Origin: Planctomycetota bacterium
Lineage (GTDB): Bacteria > Planctomycetota > UBA1135 > UBA2386
Direction of reading: 5' to 3'
DNA: 64,000 nt
Assembly: GCA_965228735.1 (NCBI GenBank)
Contig: OZ245838.1
Span: forward strand, 608,001 to 672,000
In this document: positions 1 through 9,395 of the stretch, piece after piece
Layout of the letters: each line of letters begins with the position of its first letter
Position numbering within the stretch: the first letter of the stretch is position 1
Program-made: the position numbers and the translations under genes
Notes under the pieces: model-generated
What the model was told of the DNA's origin: nothing
The model's input: the letters and a program-made list of their open reading frames with translations, nothing else
Databases searched by the model: none

Positions 1-1425
1 CTGACGTCGCCTCGAAGTGCCGCAGCATCACCCGGCAAACCTGGTAGCCACCAGGCTAAGGGGGCAGGGTTCACCGCCTGCCGTGATGTTGGCTCGTAGC
101 GCTGGATGCCCGGAGACGGGCTCGTCCAGTGCGAGAGAGGCTTGAGCGAGTAATCCGTTCGAATCCATCGGGCCTTGGCGCCCGCGCTCTCGGGATCGGT
201 TCCGAGGGGCGCGGTGCCCCTCTCCCGAACATGCGTCGAACGTCAATCCGCTCATTCTATCTCATGGTGATCCCGCGCTTCGGAGGCGGGACGACCGAGA
301 CACGCCACGCGGTGGAACTCCGAGTGGTCGTGGATGACGAAGTTGGTGAGGTAGCGAAGGCGCCGACACCCCGCTTGCCCCGCACGGGCATGACTCGTGC
401 GATTGCCCGTCCGTCGTGGCGGGTGCCATCGAGCAAGCGAGGAAGAGGCGTGCTGCCAAATCCACCTGCGGGGTCCGGGCCCGGTTGTCGTGATCGACAC
501 CGCGTCCGTTCAACGCAAGCCAGCGCCGGGAGCTCGATCGCCGCGAGGCGAATCGACCGGACCTGACAAGTCCGGGGACCGAGGGAAAGTCCCTCGGCCG
601 TGAAAAGTTCAACGGTGAAAGGCCCGCGAGGGCTTGCTGGTCAGAAGCATGGGAGACGGTGCCGAACTGCGAACGCACCTGTCCGGTCTGTAAGGCGGAG
701 CTTCTGCATTCTGCCGCCTGAAATCCCGGAGGACCTGCTCCGGGGAGAGTGAAGCACCGGTCGGGAGACTAGGCTTCACGGGCTCGTGCCGCGGCGTGAA
801 ACGCCGCTAGCAACGTGACCCATGCTTCGACGTGGTCCACTAATCGGGGAAGGACTCGAGCTGCCGGGGAGGTGCCCGGTGCCTGGCTGTCGACCAGGTG
901 ATTCAAAGGCTCGAGTCTGGGAGCGAGCTGCAAGTAGAAGTCGGGCGGGAGCCCGAGCGGTGGCGAGACCGAAGGGTCTCGAAGGAGTCTTCGTGCGACT
1001 TCTTCCTGGCAAGGCAGTCAGGACCCGCGTTCGCGCACGCCGGTTGGCCCCGGCGAGCACAGCGACGACGAAAGCAGCGACGAGCGAACGAAACGTCACT
1101 CGAGGTGACGGTTGCTTGGTAAGCACGACTTGTGGCTGCAGGGGGTAGGGAAGTGCTCCGGGAGGAGCCGCCCCCTGCGGCGACAGGATGACGATGGACG
1201 CCGGAGGTTTATCCGGCGGCCGTCGCAAGGAGGTCTAGCGCAACCATCATGGATTGGACACGCCCTGCGGGCGTGCGATCTGGAATGTGGGTATGCGCGC
1301 AACGAGGTTGCCAAGGAGGTGATCAACATGGTTGGGCGATGGTCGCTGGCCGGAAGGTTCAGCGGCTTGGAGCGTGCCCGTAAACGCTCCGCACTTGTCC
1401 GTTCTGTGGAGCGGAGAGGTGCCAG
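1..1425 (+). ncRNA. Candidate giant, highly structured noncoding RNA (5' end probably outside window)
   Basis: No credible ORF. Continuous hairpins with GNRA/UUCG loops on + (GAGA 113-116, UUCG 279-282, GCGA 543-546 and 626-629, GGGA 763-766, 947-950 and 1160-1163, GGAA 1352-1355). Long-range helices closing multiloops: 330-335/460-465, 372-378/433-439, 471-478/557-564, 644-653/819-828, 853-861/909-917, 1135-1145/1171-1181. Confidence 0.7.
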
Positions 1426-1444
1426 GAAGTTGATAGGTGCAGTT

Positions 1445-2113
1445 GTGAACTACAGGTGTGAAGCCACGTCCGTGGCGGGGTTCGTCCAGCAGCTTGCGTG
1501 CTGCTACGTCCGCCACGGCTACCATCACTACGTCGTCGGTGAGATCCCACCGCACAAGGACCCACGCGCCGTGGACGAGCGGATGATCGAGCGCTACGAG
1601 CTCGGCGTGTCGAAGTTCGTCCGTGCGCGGCGCAAGCGGGCGGGTCTGCCCAACGTCCAGTACATCCGGTTTCGGCGGTTCTTCGTGTTGTGTGCCACCG
1701 AGCCGCGAGAGGGCCATCGGTTCTACGAGGAGCACTCGGCCTCGCAGGTCAGGGACGTTCGGCTCCAGCCGATCGCTTTCGGCGGCTACTCGATCGGTTG
1801 GCATCGTGGTGCTGATCGGCGATGGCATGTTTCGGTTCGGATCCACCCGGAGCGCTACCGTTCCCTCAAGGCCTACCTGCTCGAGCTAGCACGTCGACGG
1901 TCGGTCGGACAGGTTGCTGCGGAGTTCCAGTACCTCGGCTTCGAGCCCTATGCACCTGTTCGCCGACAGCTTCTCTCGCTCCTCAGAGCCGTCAACAAGG
2001 AGCGCAAGGTCGCCGGGCTGGGGAAGCTGCCGGTCGACTGTTTGCGGCTACGGCGCACGGTCGTAAGACCGTTCGGGATCGATGGGGTGGGGCCCTGCGG
2101 CGGCAAAGCATGA
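1445..2113 (+). CDS. Arg-rich hypothetical protein (~222 aa) directly downstream of the structured RNA
   Basis: Protein-like part of ORF 1112..2113 from GTG 1445 (NYRCEATSVAGFVQQLA...GYHHYVVGEIP); the upstream extension lies within hairpins. Confidence 0.75.
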   Translation: MNYRCEATSVAGFVQQLACCYVRHGYHHYVVGEIPPHKDPRAVDERMIERYELGVSKFVRARRKRAGLPNVQYIRFRRFFVLCATEPREGHRFYEEHSASQVRDVRLQPIAFGGYSIGWHRGADRRWHVSVRIHPERYRSLKAYLLELARRRSVGQVAAEFQYLGFEPYAPVRRQLLSLLRAVNKERKVAGLGKLPVDCLRLRRTVVRPFGIDGVGPCGGKA

Positions 2114-2262
2114 GAACTCCACGCGTCTGTCCTCGGTGTGGCGTCCCTTGGGCGAGCTTTGTCAGGAGATGTCCCGCATGCGGGCGCGCTCGATGCAGGG
2201 TTGTGGCTTACCTGACCGTGGCCTGGGTGCTCACCTGGGTCTTGGCGCTCATCAACCGGTGA
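2110..2262 (+). CDS. 50-aa zinc-ribbon (CxxC...CxxC) plus C-terminal TM microprotein
   Basis: ATGA overlap with upstream stop; MRTPRVCPRCG...RCPACG then hydrophobic VVAYLTVAWVLTWVLALI. Confidence 0.55.
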   Translation: MRTPRVCPRCGVPWASFVRRCPACGRARCRVVAYLTVAWVLTWVLALINR

Positions 2263-2396
2263 CCGCTCTGCCTAGCGCCTTGTTCGGGCGAATCGGCGTG
2301 CTCCAAGTATCGGGCACGACTGGCAGGCAGGGGACCGCGCGGTACCGACTTTGAGGTTCCCGGGGGCGGGCGAAGATCCGCCCGAAGCCGCGATTG

Positions 2397-5375
2397 CTAT
2401 CCAGTTCCTCGCGCAGCCATGAGGTCGAGTATCGTGTTCTCCAGCACCAGAGTCCCCATCGAAGGCAGCCACCTTTCGCGGTCTTCGAGCAGGTGTCGGG
2501 CTACGGAGAGGACGGCTTCTCGGTCATCTCCACGATCCGACGCAAGCTCAGGGCTGCGGCCAAGCGCTACAGCAGCTCGTCGGTGCCTGACTCCGCCAGC
2601 TGCGAGCAATCTTCCGGCAGGCGTTGGGACACCGAAGCGTAGGTGCTCGGGGAAGTCCGCAACGGCCTTAGACAGTTCGAGGTTATTCGCGTCGAGCAGC
2701 TTCCTTAGCAGCCCGATGCCCTGCTCGACGGCTACCTGGAGGACGTAGCTGACGACCCGGGAATGAACGCCGAGCATGGTGTCGATATCGGTTTCCGTCT
2801 GGCTGGCGATCTCCGCCAGAGATCGGCCGTCGATCCACGCCTCCAAGATCCTGGCGAAACTCGACCGCGATGGGGGGGATCCCCGGTAGGCCTCGTCGAG
2901 TGCCTCGGCTACCTCGGGAAGGCCCCACGCCCAGACCAGCAGTGTCTCTGTCAACTCCGGATCGGTTGGCGTTTCGATGTCATCCCAGCGTTGTCGCATG
3001 GGTAACAGATTGACCTCCACCGACTCCAGCATTCGTGCTCGCGTACCCGTTTCTCGGATCCATGCGAGTCTCCCCGCTCCCTTGATGGCTGCCACGCGTT
3101 GAGCACGCAGCTCGAACACCTGTTTCATCAGTGCCGTGGTCGTTTGTTGAGCTTGGCGGGCCGCGAAAGTCTGGCTCGAAAGCTCTCCGGCCATGCGCAC
3201 GAGTTCATCTTCGCCTAGCTCCTCGGCGGCAAGATCGATAAGCGTTGCATCGATGCCGTCGATCAGAGTGTGAAGCGCCGTCGCACCCTCAAGGATGTCG
3301 TTTGTGAGGGTGATGCTCCGCTGGCTCAGTGCTGACTCGACGCGCCCCATCAACTCGAGCAGTGCCCCGGAGACGCGTTCGCCTGGCTGTTGCTCGGCCA
3401 CGGGGGCGACAAGTTGCCATTGTCCAGGGTTGGCGCAGATGACCAGCCCCTTGGTGGTTGCCCCAGCTCGTCCAGCGCGCCCGACGAGGTTCTTGATGTC
3501 GCGCGCGAGCAGGTTCTCTGCTGCTCCGTTGGGGCCACGACGCTGCACGGAGTAGAGGACCAACGTCCTGATCGGCAGGTTGACGCCTTCCGCCAAAGTG
3601 TTGGTGCAGATGGCAAGGCGAACGTCTTTGTCGCGAATCAGCGATTCCACGACTTCCCTGCTCTCTTGCGGAATGTCTCCATGATGCAGTATGGCTCCTG
3701 CCGCAAGTGTTCGTGTGCCCACCCAGGAAGCGCCGTATTCCAGGGTGAAGTGCTCAACTGCCGACTGCAGCTTCACCGCATCCCCGACGAACTGCATGGG
3801 GGCGGGCAGGGGCAGCAGGCTCGCCAGTTGTTGGAGGAGTTCATGAGCGAGCCCTACGGCTCCCTGAGTGCCTCTCTTGTTGGCCGCGAACACGGCAACG
3901 GACCCCATCGAGAGCGACTTCCGTGCTGCTGCGATGGCTTGGGCCTTCACAGATTTGAAAGGGTATGTGTTCAGCCGGTTCGTAGTGGGATTGCGGTGGC
4001 GAAAGTCATCACGGCTCAGGAATCGTTCGATAGAGAACGTGGATGCGGCTTGGTGTGGGTGAAGCTGAAGCGCGACCGTCATGGCGGCGCCTTTGCCAGC
4101 TACCTGCAGCGCTGCGAACTCTGCGAGAGCCGGGCGGTAGTCACTGCGAACGACGGTCTGATCCGTGCCGCCAAGCCACACGTTGATCTCCTCGATGTTC
4201 GGGACGATCGCGGAAACGAAGACGAACTTTGGCGGGCCTTTCTCGCGGGCGCGCATGCGGGCGAGCAGCAACTCAAGTCCGACCCCGCGCGCCTCACCAT
4301 CGAGGAGGTGCCCTTCGTCGCAGATGACGAGGGATACTCGGGAGTAGAAGTCCGGCTCTGCGCTGAGCAGGCCCGATAGTGCCTCAGGCGTTGCGACGAT
4401 CGCGCGTGCTGCATCGAGGTCTCTGACTTCTTCGCCGGTGGGCACGGTACCTCCATACGCACACCTGGTGGGAAGGCCCATGTTGCTCAAGCGCTTTGCA
4501 AGGCTGCCGCGAAGCTCTGCCGCGAGCGAGCGAAAGGGGACGAGCAGGATGGCCACATCCTGCGGGTTGCGGTTGAGGTGGTGAAAGAGGAGGGTCTCAG
4601 AGAGAGCTGTCTTTCCCGCGCCTGTCGGCATCTGTAGGGAGAATGAGGCCACGCTTCCAAGCAGGCCGCTCCTAATGGCATCGATTTGCGAGGGGAAGAA
4701 ATCCCAGGTAGGTGGGGTCCGGTTGAGGAACGACCGCACTAGCGGGTCCCAGAATCCCGATTCGCCATCGGGTAGAACTGCACGGACGTTAGTTCGCTCG
4801 AACTTGGAGAGGACCCGCCCGAATAGCCGCCAGCCGATCCACTCACCGGAATCTGTGTGCAGTGCAGATGCCTCCTTCTCAGTCGCGTACTCGCCCTCCG
4901 CCCGAAGCACCTCAAGGTTCCCTCTTCGAACGCCGCCAACAAGGGTACGCACACGTGCCGACCTGATCGCCGGTGGACGTGAGAGCAGCTCGTAGCACGC
5001 GAGCTGAATGTCATCGAGGGCACCCGGGTCGCAGGTCTTCAACGTGACGTAGGCCGATGCAGAGTAACCGCCGAAGTAGAACGCGGCCGCAGCAAAGATG
5101 GCGGCTTCGGCCGCCATGATACCGGAGTAGGCGTTTGCCCGAGCTTCTCCTACGCCGCCGGCCTGAGTGATGGCGTTGCCCAGGCGTGACCAGTCGACCG
5201 GATCGCGGTAGGGCTCACGGAGCCTGTCGAAGAGCTCGCCGACGAGGGAAATGTAGTAGTCGTCGCCTCGTGACCTGATGTAGCTCAGCTGTAGTGGCGG
5301 CTGCGAGGAGCCGAACCGTTCCACGTGATGAAGGGCGTCAGCGTCACCGACCCACTTTGCCAGAGTTGCCCTCAC
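2397..5375 (-). CDS. hamB: SF2 (Ski2-like) DEAD/DEAH helicase, Hachiman HamB-like
   Basis: MPTGAGKT, DEGH, SA motif, TNTLAEGVNLP, GRAGRAG; coupled to the upstream HamA-like gene. Confidence 0.8.
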   Translation of the reverse strand: MRATLAKWVGDADALHHVERFGSSQPPLQLSYIRSRGDDYYISLVGELFDRLREPYRDPVDWSRLGNAITQAGGVGEARANAYSGIMAAEAAIFAAAAFYFGGYSASAYVTLKTCDPGALDDIQLACYELLSRPPAIRSARVRTLVGGVRRGNLEVLRAEGEYATEKEASALHTDSGEWIGWRLFGRVLSKFERTNVRAVLPDGESGFWDPLVRSFLNRTPPTWDFFPSQIDAIRSGLLGSVASFSLQMPTGAGKTALSETLLFHHLNRNPQDVAILLVPFRSLAAELRGSLAKRLSNMGLPTRCAYGGTVPTGEEVRDLDAARAIVATPEALSGLLSAEPDFYSRVSLVICDEGHLLDGEARGVGLELLLARMRAREKGPPKFVFVSAIVPNIEEINVWLGGTDQTVVRSDYRPALAEFAALQVAGKGAAMTVALQLHPHQAASTFSIERFLSRDDFRHRNPTTNRLNTYPFKSVKAQAIAAARKSLSMGSVAVFAANKRGTQGAVGLAHELLQQLASLLPLPAPMQFVGDAVKLQSAVEHFTLEYGASWVGTRTLAAGAILHHGDIPQESREVVESLIRDKDVRLAICTNTLAEGVNLPIRTLVLYSVQRRGPNGAAENLLARDIKNLVGRAGRAGATTKGLVICANPGQWQLVAPVAEQQPGERVSGALLELMGRVESALSQRSITLTNDILEGATALHTLIDGIDATLIDLAAEELGEDELVRMAGELSSQTFAARQAQQTTTALMKQVFELRAQRVAAIKGAGRLAWIRETGTRARMLESVEVNLLPMRQRWDDIETPTDPELTETLLVWAWGLPEVAEALDEAYRGSPPSRSSFARILEAWIDGRSLAEIASQTETDIDTMLGVHSRVVSYVLQVAVEQGIGLLRKLLDANNLELSKAVADFPEHLRFGVPTPAGRLLAAGGVRHRRAAVALGRSPELASDRGDDREAVLSVARHLLEDRERWLPSMGTLVLENTILDLMAARGTG

Positions 5376-6184
5376 GTCTCACCGCCCGCTTCCGCGACGG
5401 TGGCATGAGCGGCGTCGAATACGGCTTCGTAGCGTTCCTTCAGGTTTGGAACTGCGATGACTACAACCGTGTGGTCTGCAGGCGCTTCGTCGGGCGCGTC
5501 TGCCAGTTCGTTGTCCACGAGGTTCTCGCAAATGACCGCGACGGCGTGGAAGCACTTCTTGGCTTGGGGGTGGTCCGTGGCCTTGATGAAGCGGTCGAGG
5601 TGATCGATGGTCGTGCTGCCAAGGTCTTCATGAAGCGCACGTTCCCTCAGCCAAACTAGGGTCTTCGCCAATCGACTGGTTCGGTCTTTCTCGCAGTCAT
5701 CAATCGCCTTGGAAATCGGTGATGAGGCTCCGGCCGTGGCCTTCGTCTTTACCTCAGAGCACAGGATGCGGTCCTCGGTCGAGGAGCGTGGCCAGCTCGG
5801 CAGCACGAAGTGAACGACATCCGAGTGTGGCGCTGGTTTTGTTCGGTCCTGCTTCAGGCGCCACTTCTTTGGGCCAATGAGGTCGACATCGCGTTCGGCA
5901 GCTGCGTGGTAGAGAAACACCAGTATCTCGCCGAAGTCCCCTGACATCGTCGAACCTGGATCCGGGAGCCTCGCGGCGACGATCTCCGACCGAGGGCAAC
6001 CGGTTGCCTGCACGCGCGCCTTGAGGACGGTGTCATCGATGTAGCACCGACGGACTGAGACACCAAGGACGTCCGACCAAGCAGCAGCGTGCTCGTCGGG
6101 AACACGCACAAGCACGAAGGGCGATCGCTGCTCTTCGGCGAACCAGCGTGTCACGGTCTCAACTTCGAGGCCAAGGTCTCGCAT
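5372..6184 (-). CDS. hamA: DUF1837/HamA-like nuclease (Hachiman defence)
   Basis: SGDFGEIL...HSDVV...CSEVKT PD-(D/E)xK-like pattern; 4-bp overlap with the helicase. Confidence 0.72.
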   Translation of the reverse strand: MRDLGLEVETVTRWFAEEQRSPFVLVRVPDEHAAAWSDVLGVSVRRCYIDDTVLKARVQATGCPRSEIVAARLPDPGSTMSGDFGEILVFLYHAAAERDVDLIGPKKWRLKQDRTKPAPHSDVVHFVLPSWPRSSTEDRILCSEVKTKATAGASSPISKAIDDCEKDRTSRLAKTLVWLRERALHEDLGSTTIDHLDRFIKATDHPQAKKCFHAVAVICENLVDNELADAPDEAPADHTVVVIAVPNLKERYEAVFDAAHATVAEAGGET

Positions 6185-6711
6185 GCGCTACCCCTCGTGC
6201 ATCCAAGCTGGCAGCATTGGGCTTGGTTCTTCGAGCCCGTGACAGCAGTCGACGCACGGTCCAGAGCGCCCAGGGGGGAATCGATCTCGACTGATGGCTG
6301 CGCACGATCTCGGCGCTGCTGCAGGAGAAGTTCGCGATGCTGCTCGAGCATCTTGTTGCTCGCCGAAGTGCTCGAGTGGATCGGTCATCCGTGGAGAGGA
6401 AAGTGAGCCGGGGCAAGCACCGGGAAAAGGGGAAGAAGGAGAGTCAAGTGCTCTGTGTCCGTGCGGACAACCCCGGCTCATGGTGTGTCATGTGGCCACG
6501 ATGGGATCGATGACGTTCTCCTTCGCAGCGGTTGTCTATCTCATCGCTGTCGCGCCCTGTCGGCAAGTGCACATGCAGAAACGTGACGCGCGCCTCTATC
6601 AATACGCAGAATGGCCCGCTCGGCCGGTTCGTCGGTTGAAGGGTGCGATGTTCGCCAACCCGCCACCTATCTCGTCATATTCCAAAGATGCACTGTCAGT
6701 ACGCCAGCACG

Positions 6712-7434
6712 CTACGCGCGAGTTGGCCCCCGGGACGGCATCTCGTCCCAGATCCTTCCGTCGAGTAGGCGGCCGGCCTTCTTCTTGTTCGTGCCTCCCC
6801 ACTGCTTGAAGAAGAACGGAACGCCACCGACCGCGCAGGCGTCTCGGAGATCCCGAACCCACTCGGGGTCCATCGCCCGTGCGCCAGGTCCGGACTCTCC
6901 GCCGACGATGGCCCAGCCGATGCCGGTCAGGTCGATCTCGGTTAGCGGGCCCAGCAACGGCTCGAGAGAGAGGAAGCGGACGTTGGCGGGAACGGTTCGC
7001 AGGTCGTCGATCCGGTCGAGGTAGTCGGCGTTCTCGACGCTCACGCCCATCCAGACGTTCTCAGGCCAGGGCAGCTGAGGGGCGACCTCTCGCAGTCGAT
7101 CCGCGCGCTTCGTCAAGACCTGGAACGTGTGCTGAGGCGCTTGCTCCATGGTTCGGAACACGCGCTGGATGAACGATGTCGGCACGTCCTTGTGGAACAG
7201 GTCGCTCATCGAGTTGACGAACACGAGCCGGGGCTTCCGCCAGCGCAGTGGGATATCGAGCATGTGCTCCTGGAGCGTGAGCTGGAATCCCCTCGCGTAG
7301 TTGGCTTGCCCCATCGCCTGTAGGCGCCTTGCCATGCGTTCCGCGTAGCAGTGCTTGCAGCCTGGACTGGTCTTCGTGCAGCCCGTCACCGGGTTCCACG
7401 TGGCGTTGGTCCATTCGATTGTCGATCGGCTCAT
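6712..7434 (-). CDS. DUF5131 / phage Gp37Gp68 family protein
   Basis: [53 protein letters not shown]. Confidence 0.92.
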   Translation of the reverse strand: MSRSTIEWTNATWNPVTGCTKTSPGCKHCYAERMARRLQAMGQANYARGFQLTLQEHMLDIPLRWRKPRLVFVNSMSDLFHKDVPTSFIQRVFRTMEQAPQHTFQVLTKRADRLREVAPQLPWPENVWMGVSVENADYLDRIDDLRTVPANVRFLSLEPLLGPLTEIDLTGIGWAIVGGESGPGARAMDPEWVRDLRDACAVGGVPFFFKQWGGTNKKKAGRLLDGRIWDEMPSRGPTRA

Positions 7435-7898
7435 CGGTCACCCTCTAGTTGTTGTGATGCGTCCCTTCTGGCGGCCGGCCCCTGCTCGTGGTCACGTGAG
7501 TGCTCGCACTCCTCTGCAACGAAGCGAGCAGATGTATGAGAGACTCGAGGCCCGAGTCCGGGAGAAGCTGAAGCGCCGAACTCACCCCGTCTGCGACGGC
7601 TCGGTTGACATCGCGTTGGCGCCTGAGGGAATCGAATGATGCGATCAGCCGTAGCAGGTCGCAGGCGAACTCGCGGGCGCCAACTACTTGGCCGGGATCG
7701 CGATCTCGTGGACTGTGTGGTGGGATCATGCTTGCCGTCTCCTGATGTGGGCCTGGTTTCGCTGGGCACGTCCAAACCACGGTAGGTCGCGGATGCACCG
7801 CGGGAATCCCACCCGAAGGCTCTCTCGGTTCTGTAAACGCGCACACGTCGCGAAGCCCCTGCCGCGGATCGCCTTCGGATGCGGCCGTCCGTCGATGT

Positions 7899-9395
7899 TT
7901 ACTTCCGCGGACCATCTGTGAGGCCGAGATCCTGCGCGTCTCGCGCCCCGTTCTCAGATGGCTTCACCTTCGGCTTCCGGTCCAGTTCGTCCTTCAGTCG
8001 CTTGTAGTCCAGGTAGTGGAAGATCCCCTGGATGCTGTTCGTCGCCGAACAGACGAATGCGGTGAAGAGCTCGGCGATAGTCGCCTCCCTCTTCGTCAGC
8101 TCTTCCGCGACGCGGAGCACGACGCGCGGATCGGGTTCGCGCGCGTCCACGAATCGTTGCCACCAAGTCCTGGCAGACTTGGGAGCCGCGTCGACCTCGA
8201 GGCTCGGAAGGACCTCTTCGAGCCGTTCGCGAATCTGATCGTGCGTCCAGCCCCTCGTGTTCGTGATTCCATCGACACGGCCGAACTCGCGCGTGACGAA
8301 CGGTGGGAGGGCCGGGCGGTCCTCCTTCGCAGCTCGCGTCGATGCTCCGTAGTGGAAACGGGCCTTCTGTCCCTCGTCCACCGTCCGGCAGGTAACCTCG
8401 ATCCGATGCACGGGCCTCTGCTCCTGAAGGAGGCGCCAGATCGTCGGCTCGAGAACCTTCGTCGCGACCCGGTCCAGCGCTCGAGCTCCGGTCCCAAGGG
8501 ACAGCGCACGTCGGGCGATGGCTCGCATGGCTCCTTTCGAGATCGAGAGCTTGGCACCGTGTTTCGCGGCGAACGCTTGGGTGCTGCGGATGATCGATGC
8601 CTTGGAGTCCGAGAGTACACGTTCGAGCTCGTCGAGCGTCAGCGGGCGCAGGTGGGCGACGGTCGTGAAACGCCCGAGAAGTTCCGGGATCATGCCGAAC
8701 TCGACGAGCGCTCCGTGGCCTTCGAGCTCCGGGGAGACCGGGCCGGGATCACCTTGGATGCCTGTGAATCCGAGAGATCCTCGTCGGTGGCGGGAATCGA
8801 GGATCTCCTCCATCCCAGGAAACGCGCCGGCACACACGAAGAGAATCCCGCGAGTGTTGACCATCGTCGTCTCGCCCTCTCGGCGGATGGCAACCTTGGC
8901 GCCGTCCATCAGTTTCAGCAGGGACTGCTGCACGCCTTCGCCGGAGATGTCCCTCGAGCCGTCGGTCGACCGGCGCTTCTTGTCGATCTCGTCAATGAAG
9001 ATGATCCCGCGCTCCGCTCGGCGCACGTCGCCATCGGCCGCATGCAGCAGTCGGTGCACGATGCTGTCTGGGTGTTCGCCCGCATAGCCGACCTCGACGA
9101 GATTCGTCGCGGAGCACGTGGCGATGGGGGGGGCGATCAGACGGCCGAGCTCTCGGACCATTCGGGTCTTCCCACAGCCGGTTGGGCCTACGAGCAAGAC
9201 GTGCTGAGCGCCGAATGCTGGACCGTTGTGTTCGGAGGCCTCCGAGAGGCCCAGCTGGTGTCGGTACACGGCAAGCGCCAGGGCACGTTTCGCATGGTCC
9301 TGCCCGATGATGATCCGGTCGAGGTCCCTTACGAGCTCCGGAGGGCGCGACAGCGGAAGCCGGGCATGCCTCGGATGAGGCACTACCATGAGCAC
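7899..9395 (-). CDS. ClpX-like AAA+ ATPase lacking the N-terminal Zn domain, with an extra C-terminal domain
   Basis: IIGQDHAK, GPTGCGKT, VGYAGE pore loop, IIFIDEIDK, DISGEGVQQSLLKL, SLGF loop, GARAL. Confidence 0.85.
   Translation of the reverse strand: MLMVVPHPRHARLPLSRPPELVRDLDRIIIGQDHAKRALALAVYRHQLGLSEASEHNGPAFGAQHVLLVGPTGCGKTRMVRELGRLIAPPIATCSATNLVEVGYAGEHPDSIVHRLLHAADGDVRRAERGIIFIDEIDKKRRSTDGSRDISGEGVQQSLLKLMDGAKVAIRREGETTMVNTRGILFVCAGAFPGMEEILDSRHRRGSLGFTGIQGDPGPVSPELEGHGALVEFGMIPELLGRFTTVAHLRPLTLDELERVLSDSKASIIRSTQAFAAKHGAKLSISKGAMRAIARRALSLGTGARALDRVATKVLEPTIWRLLQEQRPVHRIEVTCRTVDEGQKARFHYGASTRAAKEDRPALPPFVTREFGRVDGITNTRGWTHDQIRERLEEVLPSLEVDAAPKSARTWWQRFVDAREPDPRVVLRVAEELTKREATIAELFTAFVCSATNSIQGIFHYLDYKRLKDELDRKPKVKPSENGARDAQDLGLTDGPRK

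Noticed and set aside
157..166. T-loop-like GTTCGAATCC suggesting a tRNA
   Set aside because: No flanking T-stem or cloverleaf; treated as part of the large RNA.
579..597. GAGGGAAAGTCC resembling the RNase P RNA conserved region I
   Set aside because: It forms a local hairpin, and no matching 3' ACAGAA...GGCTTA region was seen.
1..1425. Group I/II intron or rRNA fragment explanation for the structured region
   Set aside because: No recognisable domain V, P7 core, RT/homing endonuclease ORF or rRNA signature by eye; needs cmscan to exclude formally.
28..1444. Short ORFs in the first 1.4 kb and the 1112-1444 N-terminal extension
   Set aside because: Arg/Pro/Gly-rich, no motifs, and coincide with dense base-paired structure.
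6190..6700. Expected partner gene (three-Cys-motif type) beside DUF5131
   Set aside because: No convincing ORF; possibly a degraded remnant.
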